From assembly GCA_964465905.1 (NCBI GenBank), contig CAYXMK010000001.1:16923-52106 (forward strand): a stretch of DNA of 35,184 nucleotides, in the 5' to 3' direction. The stretch comes from an uncultured Ignavibacteriaceae bacterium. Its GTDB lineage: Bacteria; Bacteroidota; Ignavibacteria; UBA10030. The notes below the pieces were generated by a model. It saw only the letters and a program-made list of their open reading frames with translations. It did no database searches and was not told where the DNA came from. A program made the position numbers and the translations under genes. Shown one piece after another: positions 9,444-17,101 of the stretch; the first letter of the stretch is position 1; every line of letters starts with the position of its first letter.

Positions 9444-9833
9444 ATGAAGCATCCCTTTGTCGTCCTCATCCTCGCACTCGTGGCTGCCACACTGTTGAGC
9501 GGCTGCTATGCCCAGAAGTATGTCGCCGGTGCTGTTGAGAAGCCGACAATGATGAGCGGCGCAACTGCCGAACCGCGTCCCTACGACGTCATCAAGAAGT
9601 TTTCGATCACGGACCGCTCAGGATGGTTCATCCTCGGACTGATCCCCTCGGGACACACCAATCTGAACTCGCTGGTGATGGATCAGGTCAAGGCGGCCGG
9701 CGGGGATGCAGTCATCAATCTCACGATTGAGACCAAGTACGACGTCGTCGATATTCTGGTCACGGTACTTGTCGGAGGCATCTACAACACGCGCGTCAGC
9801 ATCGTTGAAGGCGAAGTGATCAAGTACCGGTGA
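9444..9833 (+). CDS. small lipoprotein with Bor/Iss-like architecture
   Basis: 129 aa with GGAGG 5 nt upstream and a signal peptide with lipobox LLSGC. The segment GWFILGLIP...VKAAGGDAV...VDILVTVLVGGIYNTRVSIVEGEV parallels phage-lambda Bor (FVSGIGQ...KICGGAENV...GLLGFITLGIYTPLEARVYC). Confidence 0.65.
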   Translation: MKHPFVVLILALVAATLLSGCYAQKYVAGAVEKPTMMSGATAEPRPYDVIKKFSITDRSGWFILGLIPSGHTNLNSLVMDQVKAAGGDAVINLTIETKYDVVDILVTVLVGGIYNTRVSIVEGEVIKYR

Positions 9834-9981
9834 GAGTCGCCACAGGGAGCGACTCTTCCGCTGACAACTCTTGTCCCTCTCCGCGGCGCGTCATACCGGG
9901 TCGTGCAGGAGGGTGGGTTGTTTTTGCTCCTGCCCTCCGTGGGTGTCCGCGCATTCTCTCATCCCTGATCTGGAACCGACC

Positions 9982-12456
9982 ATGAGTGTTCAGCACTTGC
10001 GGGTCACGGTTCTCCTTCTGGCGGACGTGCTTCTCCTCCTCGTCTGCATCTTCCATATTCCCTCGGTTCTCGACCGTCCCCGTGCTCCCTTCGACGCCGT
10101 CTGGGGAGAGGATGGCGTTGCCGCGGGGCGGGTGCTCCCTCAGGCAGAGGCGGAGGGGCTTCGCCCCGGGGATCTCCTCATCGGCTGGAATGGCCGCCCC
10201 GTCATCATCCCGGAGGTTGTGGAGTTCTACGCCGATCTCGGCACGGTCGGAGAGGAGGTTTCATTGATCGTGGTGCGCGACGGGCGTCCGCGGGAGGTCC
10301 TCGTGCCTCTCGTGCCCTTCTATGATACTCCACGCTATCTCATCGTCGTCTCCTTCGTCGGCATCCTGATCTGGGTCATTGGTGTCGTCATCCTCTGGAA
10401 GAGCACACCATCTCCCGCCGCCGCAACACTCCACTGGACCATGATGGCCTTTGCGGTCACCATTCTCATCACGTGGGGAAAGATCGATTCCGAGAGTACC
10501 TTCACATACGTGACACGCGCTCTCTGGATCGTGGCGTATATGTCCGTTGTGGCTTTGCTGTTTTTCTTTTCCACCCAGTACCCGGTTCGGCGCAGAGGAA
10601 GAACTCTGTGGTGGGCTCTGGCTGCGTTCGTTCCGGCCGTTGCCCTGATCGCTGTGTTGCTGGATTCCCATCTGCGCGCAATCGCGACCTCCTCAGGAGA
10701 AACGTATGCCCTCTTCCACAGGGCGTTCACGGTCTTTCAGGCATCCCTTCTCATCTACACCGCGGGAGCCGTGGCGAATTTTCTCCTGTCCTATCGCGCT
10801 GCCCGCTCGTCCGAGGAACGCAAGCGGCTCCAGTGGATTATCTGGGGTCTCACGATCGGTGCGGCTCCCTTCCTGTTGTTCTACATTCTGCCGCAGATCC
10901 TCTTCTCGCGCTACCTCATCCCTGAGGAATACACGACGATTTGTTTTGTCGTCATCGCCGGGGCTTTCACCATCTCCTTCCTTCGCTACCGGATGTTCGA
11001 CATCGATCTTCTCATCAACCGAAGCATCGTGTATTCAGCCATCTCTCTCTTCCTGCTCGTTGCCTACGGCCTCGTGGTGCTGCTCGTTGCCTCGATCGTT
11101 GGCGGAGAACGCGTCTTTGAAGAATCCATTCTGATTGCGGTCGGGACACTCATTATCGCGCTCCTCCTCAATCCGTTGCGTTCCCGAATCCAGGGGGTGG
11201 TCGATCAGACCTTCTACGCGACGCGCGTGCATTACCATCGCACCATCCGCTCCCTCAGCGAGCTCCTCCACGGGGCACTCACCAGCACGGCATTGTTTGA
11301 ACAGCTGGGTGCGTCGCTGGTTTCATCGCTTCCGCTCAACACGTTCGCTGCCTACAGAGTCACCGACGGTGCCCTCAGACTCCGGTACCACCGCGGCGGC
11401 ACGCCGCCGCTGACGATTCGTCTCTCGACGCCGACACGTGCTGTGCTCTCAAGCACCTCCATCCTCGCCCTCCCGAGCATTATCGACCGTCCGGGGGAGC
11501 AAATCGACATCGCACACGCCGAAATTCTCGCAACACTGCGGGTGCCTCTCTGCCTCTCGCTCCTCTCGGAGCGGCACATGCTCCTTGGTGTACTGCTGCT
11601 GACACCGTACTCTGAGAAAGTCCGGTTTCGGGAAGAAGAAGTCGATTTCCTCCTGACAGCCGGTCGTCAGGCCGGCGCGGCCCTGGAACGCCTCCTCCTG
11701 CAGGAACAGCTCTTTCGACAACAGGAAGAGAGCCAGCGCTCTCAGGAGCTGAGCCGGCTCAAATCGTACTTCGTCTCGAGCGTCTCTCACGAGCTCCGGA
11801 TGCCGCTGACCTCCATCCGTATGTTCGCTGAGACGCTCCGGACACACCGGGTAACGGCGAAGGACCGGCAGGAGTACCTGAGCATCATCGAGGGTGAGAG
11901 CGAGCGGCTGACCCGGCTGATTGAGAATATTCTGGATTTTGCCAGCATCGAGCGGGGAGGCAAGGAGTATCGGGCCAGAAGGGTGAGCTTTGCCCCGATC
12001 GTCCAGCGAGCGGTGCAGTCGATGCAGTATCCGATGCGGAAGCACGATGCCCGTCTCCGCACCCATCTGCCAAAGCGTCTTCCCCCCATCGAAGCCGATC
12101 CCGACGCCCTGGAACAGGTGATCATTAATCTTCTCTCCAATGCCCTCAAGTACTCTCTCCGGCCCAAGAGAATCTGGCTGACCGCGCGGCCACGGGGTCC
12201 TTTTCTGGAGATCGAGGTGCGGGATCGGGGCATTGGTATTCCAGCAGAGGAGATTCCACGCCTGTTCGAGCCATTCCATCGCGTCAGGGACCCTGCCGTG
12301 GCGCAGGTGGGAGGAGCCGGACTCGGTCTTGCCCTCGTCAAGCACATCGTCGACGCGCACCACGGCCAAATCAGCATCCGAAGTGCCGTGAGCCGCGGCA
12401 CCGCGGTCCTCGTCACCCTTCCCCTTCACCAGCCGACGGAAGGCACAACACCATGA
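9982..12456 (+). CDS. sensor histidine kinase: TM, PDZ-like domain, polytopic membrane region, GAF-like domain, HisKA, HATPase_c
   Basis: The frame is open from 9871. ATG 9982 (MSVQHLRVTVLLLADVLLLLV) gives a sensible N-terminal TM segment. A PDZ-like segment is GRVLPQAEAEGLRPGDLLIGWNGRPV...EEVSLIVVRDGRPREVLV. About 8 hydrophobic helices follow. The H-box is SYFVSSVSHELRMPLTSI, and the N/G boxes are NLLSNALKY, RDRGIGIP and GGAGLGLALVK. Confidence 0.9.
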   Translation: MSVQHLRVTVLLLADVLLLLVCIFHIPSVLDRPRAPFDAVWGEDGVAAGRVLPQAEAEGLRPGDLLIGWNGRPVIIPEVVEFYADLGTVGEEVSLIVVRDGRPREVLVPLVPFYDTPRYLIVVSFVGILIWVIGVVILWKSTPSPAAATLHWTMMAFAVTILITWGKIDSESTFTYVTRALWIVAYMSVVALLFFFSTQYPVRRRGRTLWWALAAFVPAVALIAVLLDSHLRAIATSSGETYALFHRAFTVFQASLLIYTAGAVANFLLSYRAARSSEERKRLQWIIWGLTIGAAPFLLFYILPQILFSRYLIPEEYTTICFVVIAGAFTISFLRYRMFDIDLLINRSIVYSAISLFLLVAYGLVVLLVASIVGGERVFEESILIAVGTLIIALLLNPLRSRIQGVVDQTFYATRVHYHRTIRSLSELLHGALTSTALFEQLGASLVSSLPLNTFAAYRVTDGALRLRYHRGGTPPLTIRLSTPTRAVLSSTSILALPSIIDRPGEQIDIAHAEILATLRVPLCLSLLSERHMLLGVLLLTPYSEKVRFREEEVDFLLTAGRQAGAALERLLLQEQLFRQQEESQRSQELSRLKSYFVSSVSHELRMPLTSIRMFAETLRTHRVTAKDRQEYLSIIEGESERLTRLIENILDFASIERGGKEYRARRVSFAPIVQRAVQSMQYPMRKHDARLRTHLPKRLPPIEADPDALEQVIINLLSNALKYSLRPKRIWLTARPRGPFLEIEVRDRGIGIPAEEIPRLFEPFHRVRDPAVAQVGGAGLGLALVKHIVDAHHGQISIRSAVSRGTAVLVTLPLHQPTEGTTP

Positions 12457-13133
12457 AACAGATCCTCCTTGTGGAAGATGACAAAGCTATCCAACGGGGC
12501 CTGGTCGACACCCTGAGCCGGGAGCACTTTCAGGTCATCGCGGAATCAGACGGCTCCGCGGGATACGCCCGGGCGCGCAAGGCTCATTTCGACCTGATCA
12601 TCCTCGACGTCATGCTGCCGGGGATGGATGGATTTGAAATCTGCCGGAAGCTCCGCGGCGACGGCATCCAGACACCCGTCCTGATGCTGACCGGCAAGGG
12701 GGAAGAAATCGACAAAGTGCTGGGTCTGGAGCTGGGGGCGGACGACTATGTCACCAAGCCGTTCAGCATCAAGGAACTGATGGCACGCGTCAGAGCGCTT
12801 CTGCGACGGCAGGCGGAAATCCGGACCGCCATCGCCGAGACTGATTTCGGAAACGTGCACGTTGATTTCAAGAAACAGGAGACCCTCAAGGGAAGGAAGA
12901 AGGTCCGGATGAGCGCCAAGGAGTATGAATTGCTCAAGTACTTTGTCGAACACGAAGGAGAGGTCATCACGCGCCACCAACTGTTGGATGATGTGTGGGG
13001 ATACGACGTGACACCCACAACCCGTACGGTGGACAACTATGTGCTTTCGCTCCGCAAGAAGCTGGAGGCCCGGCCCTCCAGCCCTCAGCACTTCCTCACC
13101 ATCCCTACCGCCGGCTACAAGTTCGTGCGGTAG
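12453..13133 (+). CDS. OmpR/PhoB-family response regulator
   Basis: 226 aa. The receiver domain shows LLVEDD, DLIILDVMLPGMDG and LMLTGKG. The winged-helix output domain shows LSAKEYELLKYF, RTVDNYVLSLRKKL and GYKFV. Its ATG overlaps the kinase stop (ATGA at 12453-12456). Confidence 0.95.
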   Translation: MKQILLVEDDKAIQRGLVDTLSREHFQVIAESDGSAGYARARKAHFDLIILDVMLPGMDGFEICRKLRGDGIQTPVLMLTGKGEEIDKVLGLELGADDYVTKPFSIKELMARVRALLRRQAEIRTAIAETDFGNVHVDFKKQETLKGRKKVRMSAKEYELLKYFVEHEGEVITRHQLLDDVWGYDVTPTTRTVDNYVLSLRKKLEARPSSPQHFLTIPTAGYKFVR

Positions 13134-13297
13134 CTCCTGATTCATCCCACCATCGCCCTGCCCCGCGGGTCGTTCTTCCGGTCTGCGGTAACCTCCCTTC
13201 CCCACACCCTTTTTACAGTACATCGACAACTCTGTGACATCTCTTCCCTTCACACCTGCTGCACTGTTGGCAGGTTACGAGTGAAGAGCATCCTGTT

Positions 13298-14140
13298 ATG
13301 AACCTGGACGGACTTCGCGTTCTCATCGCCGGTGGTACCAGCGGTATCGGGCTGGCCACAGCCCGCATGCTGTGTTCTCGCGGTGCAGCGGTCCTTGTGG
13401 CAGGCAGATCGCTCCCCCCTGCCCCCGCCATTTCCGGTCTTCCGCACGTTGCCTGCGACCTTCGCTCCCGGCGTTCTTGGGATAGACTCCTGGCGGAAAT
13501 GGTGCAACTCCATGCTGGCTGTGATGTCCTCATACACTCCGTCGGCGTACTTGTCCCGGGGCAACTGGATCATCTTCCATCATCCGCGGTCCAGACCGTG
13601 ATCGAGACGAACTTCTCCAGCGCCGTCCATGCTCTTCAGGCCGTCGTTCCCTGCATGCGTCGGCAGGGGTATGGTATGATCATCATCCTCGGATCGCTCG
13701 GTGGAATCGTTCCGATGCCGTATGGGGCTCTCTATGCCGCCACGAAGTTTGCCCTGCGCGGGCTTGTTCTCTCCGCCGCTCCGGAATTGAAGAAGGAGGG
13801 AATCGACATCTGTCTTGTATCCCCCGGACCGGTGTACACCCGCATGCTGGTCAGGGAAGCTGAGGACGAGCGTTGCACCCTCACCTTCGTCGAGCGACCG
13901 ATGCATGCCGAACAGGTTGCACAAACCATTGCACGTCTTCTGCTGCATCCCCGACTCGAGACCGTTCTTCCGGCCCACGCCGAATTTCCAAGCCGCCTGC
14001 TTGGTGCATTCCCGACGCTGCTCCGCTTCTGTTTTCCGTTGCTGAGGTTCCTCGGCACGCGACATTTGCGCGCATTCCAATCCACCGGGCTTCAGACCGG
14101 GCCGGTACCCTGTTCACTGTCCTCGCGGAGGATGCCGTGA
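13298..14140 (+). CDS. short-chain dehydrogenase/reductase (SDR) family oxidoreductase
   Basis: 280 aa with Rossmann motif VLIAGGTSGIGLATAR and catalytic YAATKFALRGL. It has a hydrophobic/basic C-terminal tail. Confidence 0.85.
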   Translation: MNLDGLRVLIAGGTSGIGLATARMLCSRGAAVLVAGRSLPPAPAISGLPHVACDLRSRRSWDRLLAEMVQLHAGCDVLIHSVGVLVPGQLDHLPSSAVQTVIETNFSSAVHALQAVVPCMRRQGYGMIIILGSLGGIVPMPYGALYAATKFALRGLVLSAAPELKKEGIDICLVSPGPVYTRMLVREAEDERCTLTFVERPMHAEQVAQTIARLLLHPRLETVLPAHAEFPSRLLGAFPTLLRFCFPLLRFLGTRHLRAFQSTGLQTGPVPCSLSSRRMP

Positions 14141-15573
14141 AGAGACCGAAACTCCTGATCATCGTCCTTTTTCAGAATCTCGGCGATACAGACCCGTACT
14201 ACGCGAAGAACCCTGCTCCGCCGCTGCCCGGAATCCTGCTGGCAGGAATGACTCCGCCCATGGTGGACGTAGAGGTGCTCCATGAGATGGTCCGCCCCAT
14301 CAACTACGACACCGACGCGGAGTTCATCGCCATCAGCTTCATGGATTACCTTGCACCTCACGCTTTTGAGGTTGCCCGGCGTTTTCGCCAGCGCGGCAAG
14401 ATCGTGGTTGGAGGAGGAAAGTTCGCCTCAACCTTTCCCGACGAGGTTCAGCCGCACTTTGACTCGATCCTCGTGGGCGAGGCGCAGTGCGTCTGGCCTC
14501 GCATGGTAGAAGATATGGTGGCCGGCAGACTGCAGAAGCGCTACACCGCCGATCCATCCGGCACACTCGAGGGCATTCCGTCCCCTCGCTATGATCTGGT
14601 CGAGCCGGTGTTCTTCACGCCCGTTGTGACGGAAGCGACCCGGGGCTGTCCTCATGCCTGCACGTTCTGCCAGCTCAACATTGAGCGCCTCCCCTTCCGG
14701 ATGCGCCCTGTGGAGGACGTCATCCGGGATCTCCAGAACACGCAAGGGCTCCCGTGGCACAAGCGCAAGATGGCGATGATCCTCGACAACAATCTCGGCG
14801 GCAACCTCCAGTACGCCAAGCAACTTCTGCGGGAAATCGCGCGGCTGAAGTTCTGGGGAATCGGTGCGCAGTACAGCATCGAGTGTGCCCGCGATCCCGA
14901 ATTCGTCGAACTGCTGTCTGCCGCGAACTGCAGGATGGCATTCGTGGGAATGGAGTCTCTGAACGACGGGAGTCTGAAGGGAGTCAAGAAGAAGCAGAAC
15001 AACGTTGAGGAGTACCGTGAGACGTTCGACCGGCTGCACCGTCGCGGCATTCTCACCTTTACGGGATTCATGTTCGCCCTCGACGAGGATACGCCTGAGT
15101 ACTATGAAACGCTCGCCGAGAAGCTGGATGAGGTCGGGATCTGTGTCATCCTCCCCTCCATCTCCGTACCGATCTACGGCACACCGTGGTATCGCGATGT
15201 CGTGGCCGAGGGGCGGCTCCTCGACACCGATCTGTCACACTATGAGGGGGATCATCTCGTGTTCCGGCACCGGCATCTGACAGGGGAGCAGATCTATACA
15301 TACTACCGCCGCGTGACACGGGCCTTCTACACGTGGCCGAATATCCTCCGGCGCTGGGTTCGCTTCCTCGGCAAGCAGAGGATCAACGAGTCCCTCCCGC
15401 AGTTCTTCCTGAAGATCCTCCTCACAACAGCCGTGTACTTCAGGCTCTCAATCTTCCAACGGCATCATGCCCAGAAGCGGATCTTCCCCCAACTCCCATC
15501 ACGGCAAACCGGGGGTGGTTTCGAGGAACTCGGGGAGGCAGCCGCCGCAGAGGGCCCCGCTTCCGGCTCATGA
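14137..15573 (+). CDS. B12-binding-domain radical SAM enzyme (class B, DUF4070-like C-terminus)
   Basis: The frame is open from inside the SDR gene. GTG 14137 overlaps the SDR stop (GTGA) and gives VKRPKLLIIVLFQN..., a typical start for a B12-binding Rossmann domain. The radical SAM cluster motif is TRGCPHACTFC (CxxxCxxC). The domain continues with FVGMESLND and TFTGFMFALDEDT. Confidence 0.85.
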   Translation: MKRPKLLIIVLFQNLGDTDPYYAKNPAPPLPGILLAGMTPPMVDVEVLHEMVRPINYDTDAEFIAISFMDYLAPHAFEVARRFRQRGKIVVGGGKFASTFPDEVQPHFDSILVGEAQCVWPRMVEDMVAGRLQKRYTADPSGTLEGIPSPRYDLVEPVFFTPVVTEATRGCPHACTFCQLNIERLPFRMRPVEDVIRDLQNTQGLPWHKRKMAMILDNNLGGNLQYAKQLLREIARLKFWGIGAQYSIECARDPEFVELLSAANCRMAFVGMESLNDGSLKGVKKKQNNVEEYRETFDRLHRRGILTFTGFMFALDEDTPEYYETLAEKLDEVGICVILPSISVPIYGTPWYRDVVAEGRLLDTDLSHYEGDHLVFRHRHLTGEQIYTYYRRVTRAFYTWPNILRRWVRFLGKQRINESLPQFFLKILLTTAVYFRLSIFQRHHAQKRIFPQLPSRQTGGGFEELGEAAAAEGPASGS

Positions 15574-15679
15574 TCCTTGACCGATCTTTGACAGTTCTAT
15601 GACATTTCATGAGCGCCCGGCGACGACCTTTCCTGTGTCCATCGATGACCATTACACTCATCACTATCAGGAGGTTGTC

Positions 15680-16285
15680 ATGAGACGCCGCATTGTCGTC
15701 CCGGGGATCTGTTCGTTCGTCCTTGCTCCCCCCCTTGCCGCTCAGCCCGCGGCCGGAACGTGGGAGCTTTCCCTCCCCGGAACTGCCGGATCCGTCTCCA
15801 CGAAGACCGAATACAGCGGCTCGTACCGCTCTGGGTCCAACAGTCCCGAAGCGCAGTCATACCTCATGCTCTACGTTCGACCGGGCTACTACATTTTCAA
15901 CGGTCTGTCTCTTGAGCCCGAGATCCCGTGGATGGCGATCGAGGACATCGAACCCGCACTGAGCGTCACCGGCAACATCAGCTACACTCTGCACTCACCC
16001 GAAAGTCGCGTTGCCCCCTTTGTGCTTGTCGGGTATGGCATGGGGAATACGATCCCCGATGCGCAGCGAGCGGTGGTGTGCACATCGGATGAATTCGATG
16101 TCTCCGTCCTCAACGCCGGCGGAGGTTTCAAGATCTTCGTCGGGGAAGCGACAGCCCTTCGGGTTGAGTACCGCTACCAGCGCTGCTCCAAAGAGGAATC
16201 GGAGACCTTCGGACCTTACACGATGACATTCCGGCACACGAATAACCAGCACAACGTGATCTTTGGGTTTTCATTCTTCCTGTAG
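15680..16285 (+). CDS. small outer-membrane beta-barrel protein (OmpA-barrel/OmpW-like)
   Basis: ATG 15680 is preceded by AGGAGG (15668-15673). The signal peptide ends LAAQ. The sequence has an alternating amphipathic strand pattern and an aromatic C-terminus, IFGFSFFL. Confidence 0.7.
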   Translation: MRRRIVVPGICSFVLAPPLAAQPAAGTWELSLPGTAGSVSTKTEYSGSYRSGSNSPEAQSYLMLYVRPGYYIFNGLSLEPEIPWMAIEDIEPALSVTGNISYTLHSPESRVAPFVLVGYGMGNTIPDAQRAVVCTSDEFDVSVLNAGGGFKIFVGEATALRVEYRYQRCSKEESETFGPYTMTFRHTNNQHNVIFGFSFFL

Positions 16286-16297
16286 GCCGGCGCCACG

Positions 16298-17074
16298 ATG
16301 AACGCATCCATCTTCAGGGGTTCTTCTATCGTGAACTTCATCCGGTATCTTCAAAGGCCCTTTCTTGCCACCACCGGATGTGCCCTGGTCTGGCTCACGG
16401 GCTGCGCCGCAACCGGACTCATGGTCGGCACCGGCATCGACGCCTCTGTGCCCGACTCCAGCAACATCTCCGGATGGGAGCTTGCAGCGATCCCACCGGG
16501 CACCGCCGGCGTGCTCGTGCATCGTAATGGGGTAACGGAGAACGTCGAGTTCGTCTGCATCCGGCAGTGTTCGGCGGAAGCCTATGCCCGGACGTATGCG
16601 GCGTTCCTCTCCGGACTTCCGAATGATGCAACTCTCCCCCGCATCGGAGAGCGTATTCAGCTGAAGACACGCGGGGGAGTATCATCGTCCTGCCGGTTCG
16701 CCGGCTTCGACTACGAACGGATCTGGGGTCTGATCGGCGATCCTCCGGTTCAGACGTACGCCCAATCCGAAAAGATCTCCGAGATCATCCTGGAGACGGG
16801 ACGCCGGATTTCAGCGGACTCGCTGCACCGGCTCCTGACCGACGGTGCGGTTCCATTCCTGTCGGGTGTGATCGTCCGCTCTTGCGGCTTCGATGAGGGT
16901 ATATTCAAGCCAGTGGGCCCGCCCGGCGAGAACGCGCCGTGCCGCCTCATACCCCTCGACGACATCCAGCACCTGAAAGTACCAACGGAGCGCAACAATA
17001 AGTGGTGGGGAGCTCTCATCGGCTTCGCAATCGATGTTGCATGGTTTGCCCTTTCCCGTACTTCACTCTGGTAA
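16298..17074 (+). CDS. hypothetical lipoprotein with C-terminal hydrophobic anchor
   Basis: 258 aa starting 12 nt after the OMP stop. It has lipobox WLTGC and a C-terminal WWGALIGFAIDVAWFAL segment. No family recognised. Confidence 0.6.
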   Translation: MNASIFRGSSIVNFIRYLQRPFLATTGCALVWLTGCAATGLMVGTGIDASVPDSSNISGWELAAIPPGTAGVLVHRNGVTENVEFVCIRQCSAEAYARTYAAFLSGLPNDATLPRIGERIQLKTRGGVSSSCRFAGFDYERIWGLIGDPPVQTYAQSEKISEIILETGRRISADSLHRLLTDGAVPFLSGVIVRSCGFDEGIFKPVGPPGENAPCRLIPLDDIQHLKVPTERNNKWWGALIGFAIDVAWFALSRTSLW

Positions 17075-17101
17075 GCACCCATACCACCAAAGGAGGATGC
17101 C

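Noticed and set aside
9834-9855. Hairpin GAGTCGC / GCGACTC immediately after the Bor-like lipoprotein stop
   Set aside because: It has a 7-bp stem with no U-tract (the tail is TTCCGCTG). The next gene is co-oriented 126 nt away, so the evidence is insufficient to call a terminator.
11449-12429. 326-aa minus-strand ORF
   Set aside because: It is antisense to the histidine-kinase catalytic core, which has textbook H, N and G boxes.
13134-13297. Possible cobalamin riboswitch upstream of the SDR / B12-radical-SAM pair
   Set aside because: I found no B12-box-like sequence (GCCACTG-type core) or the conserved surrounding helices in the 164-nt gap.
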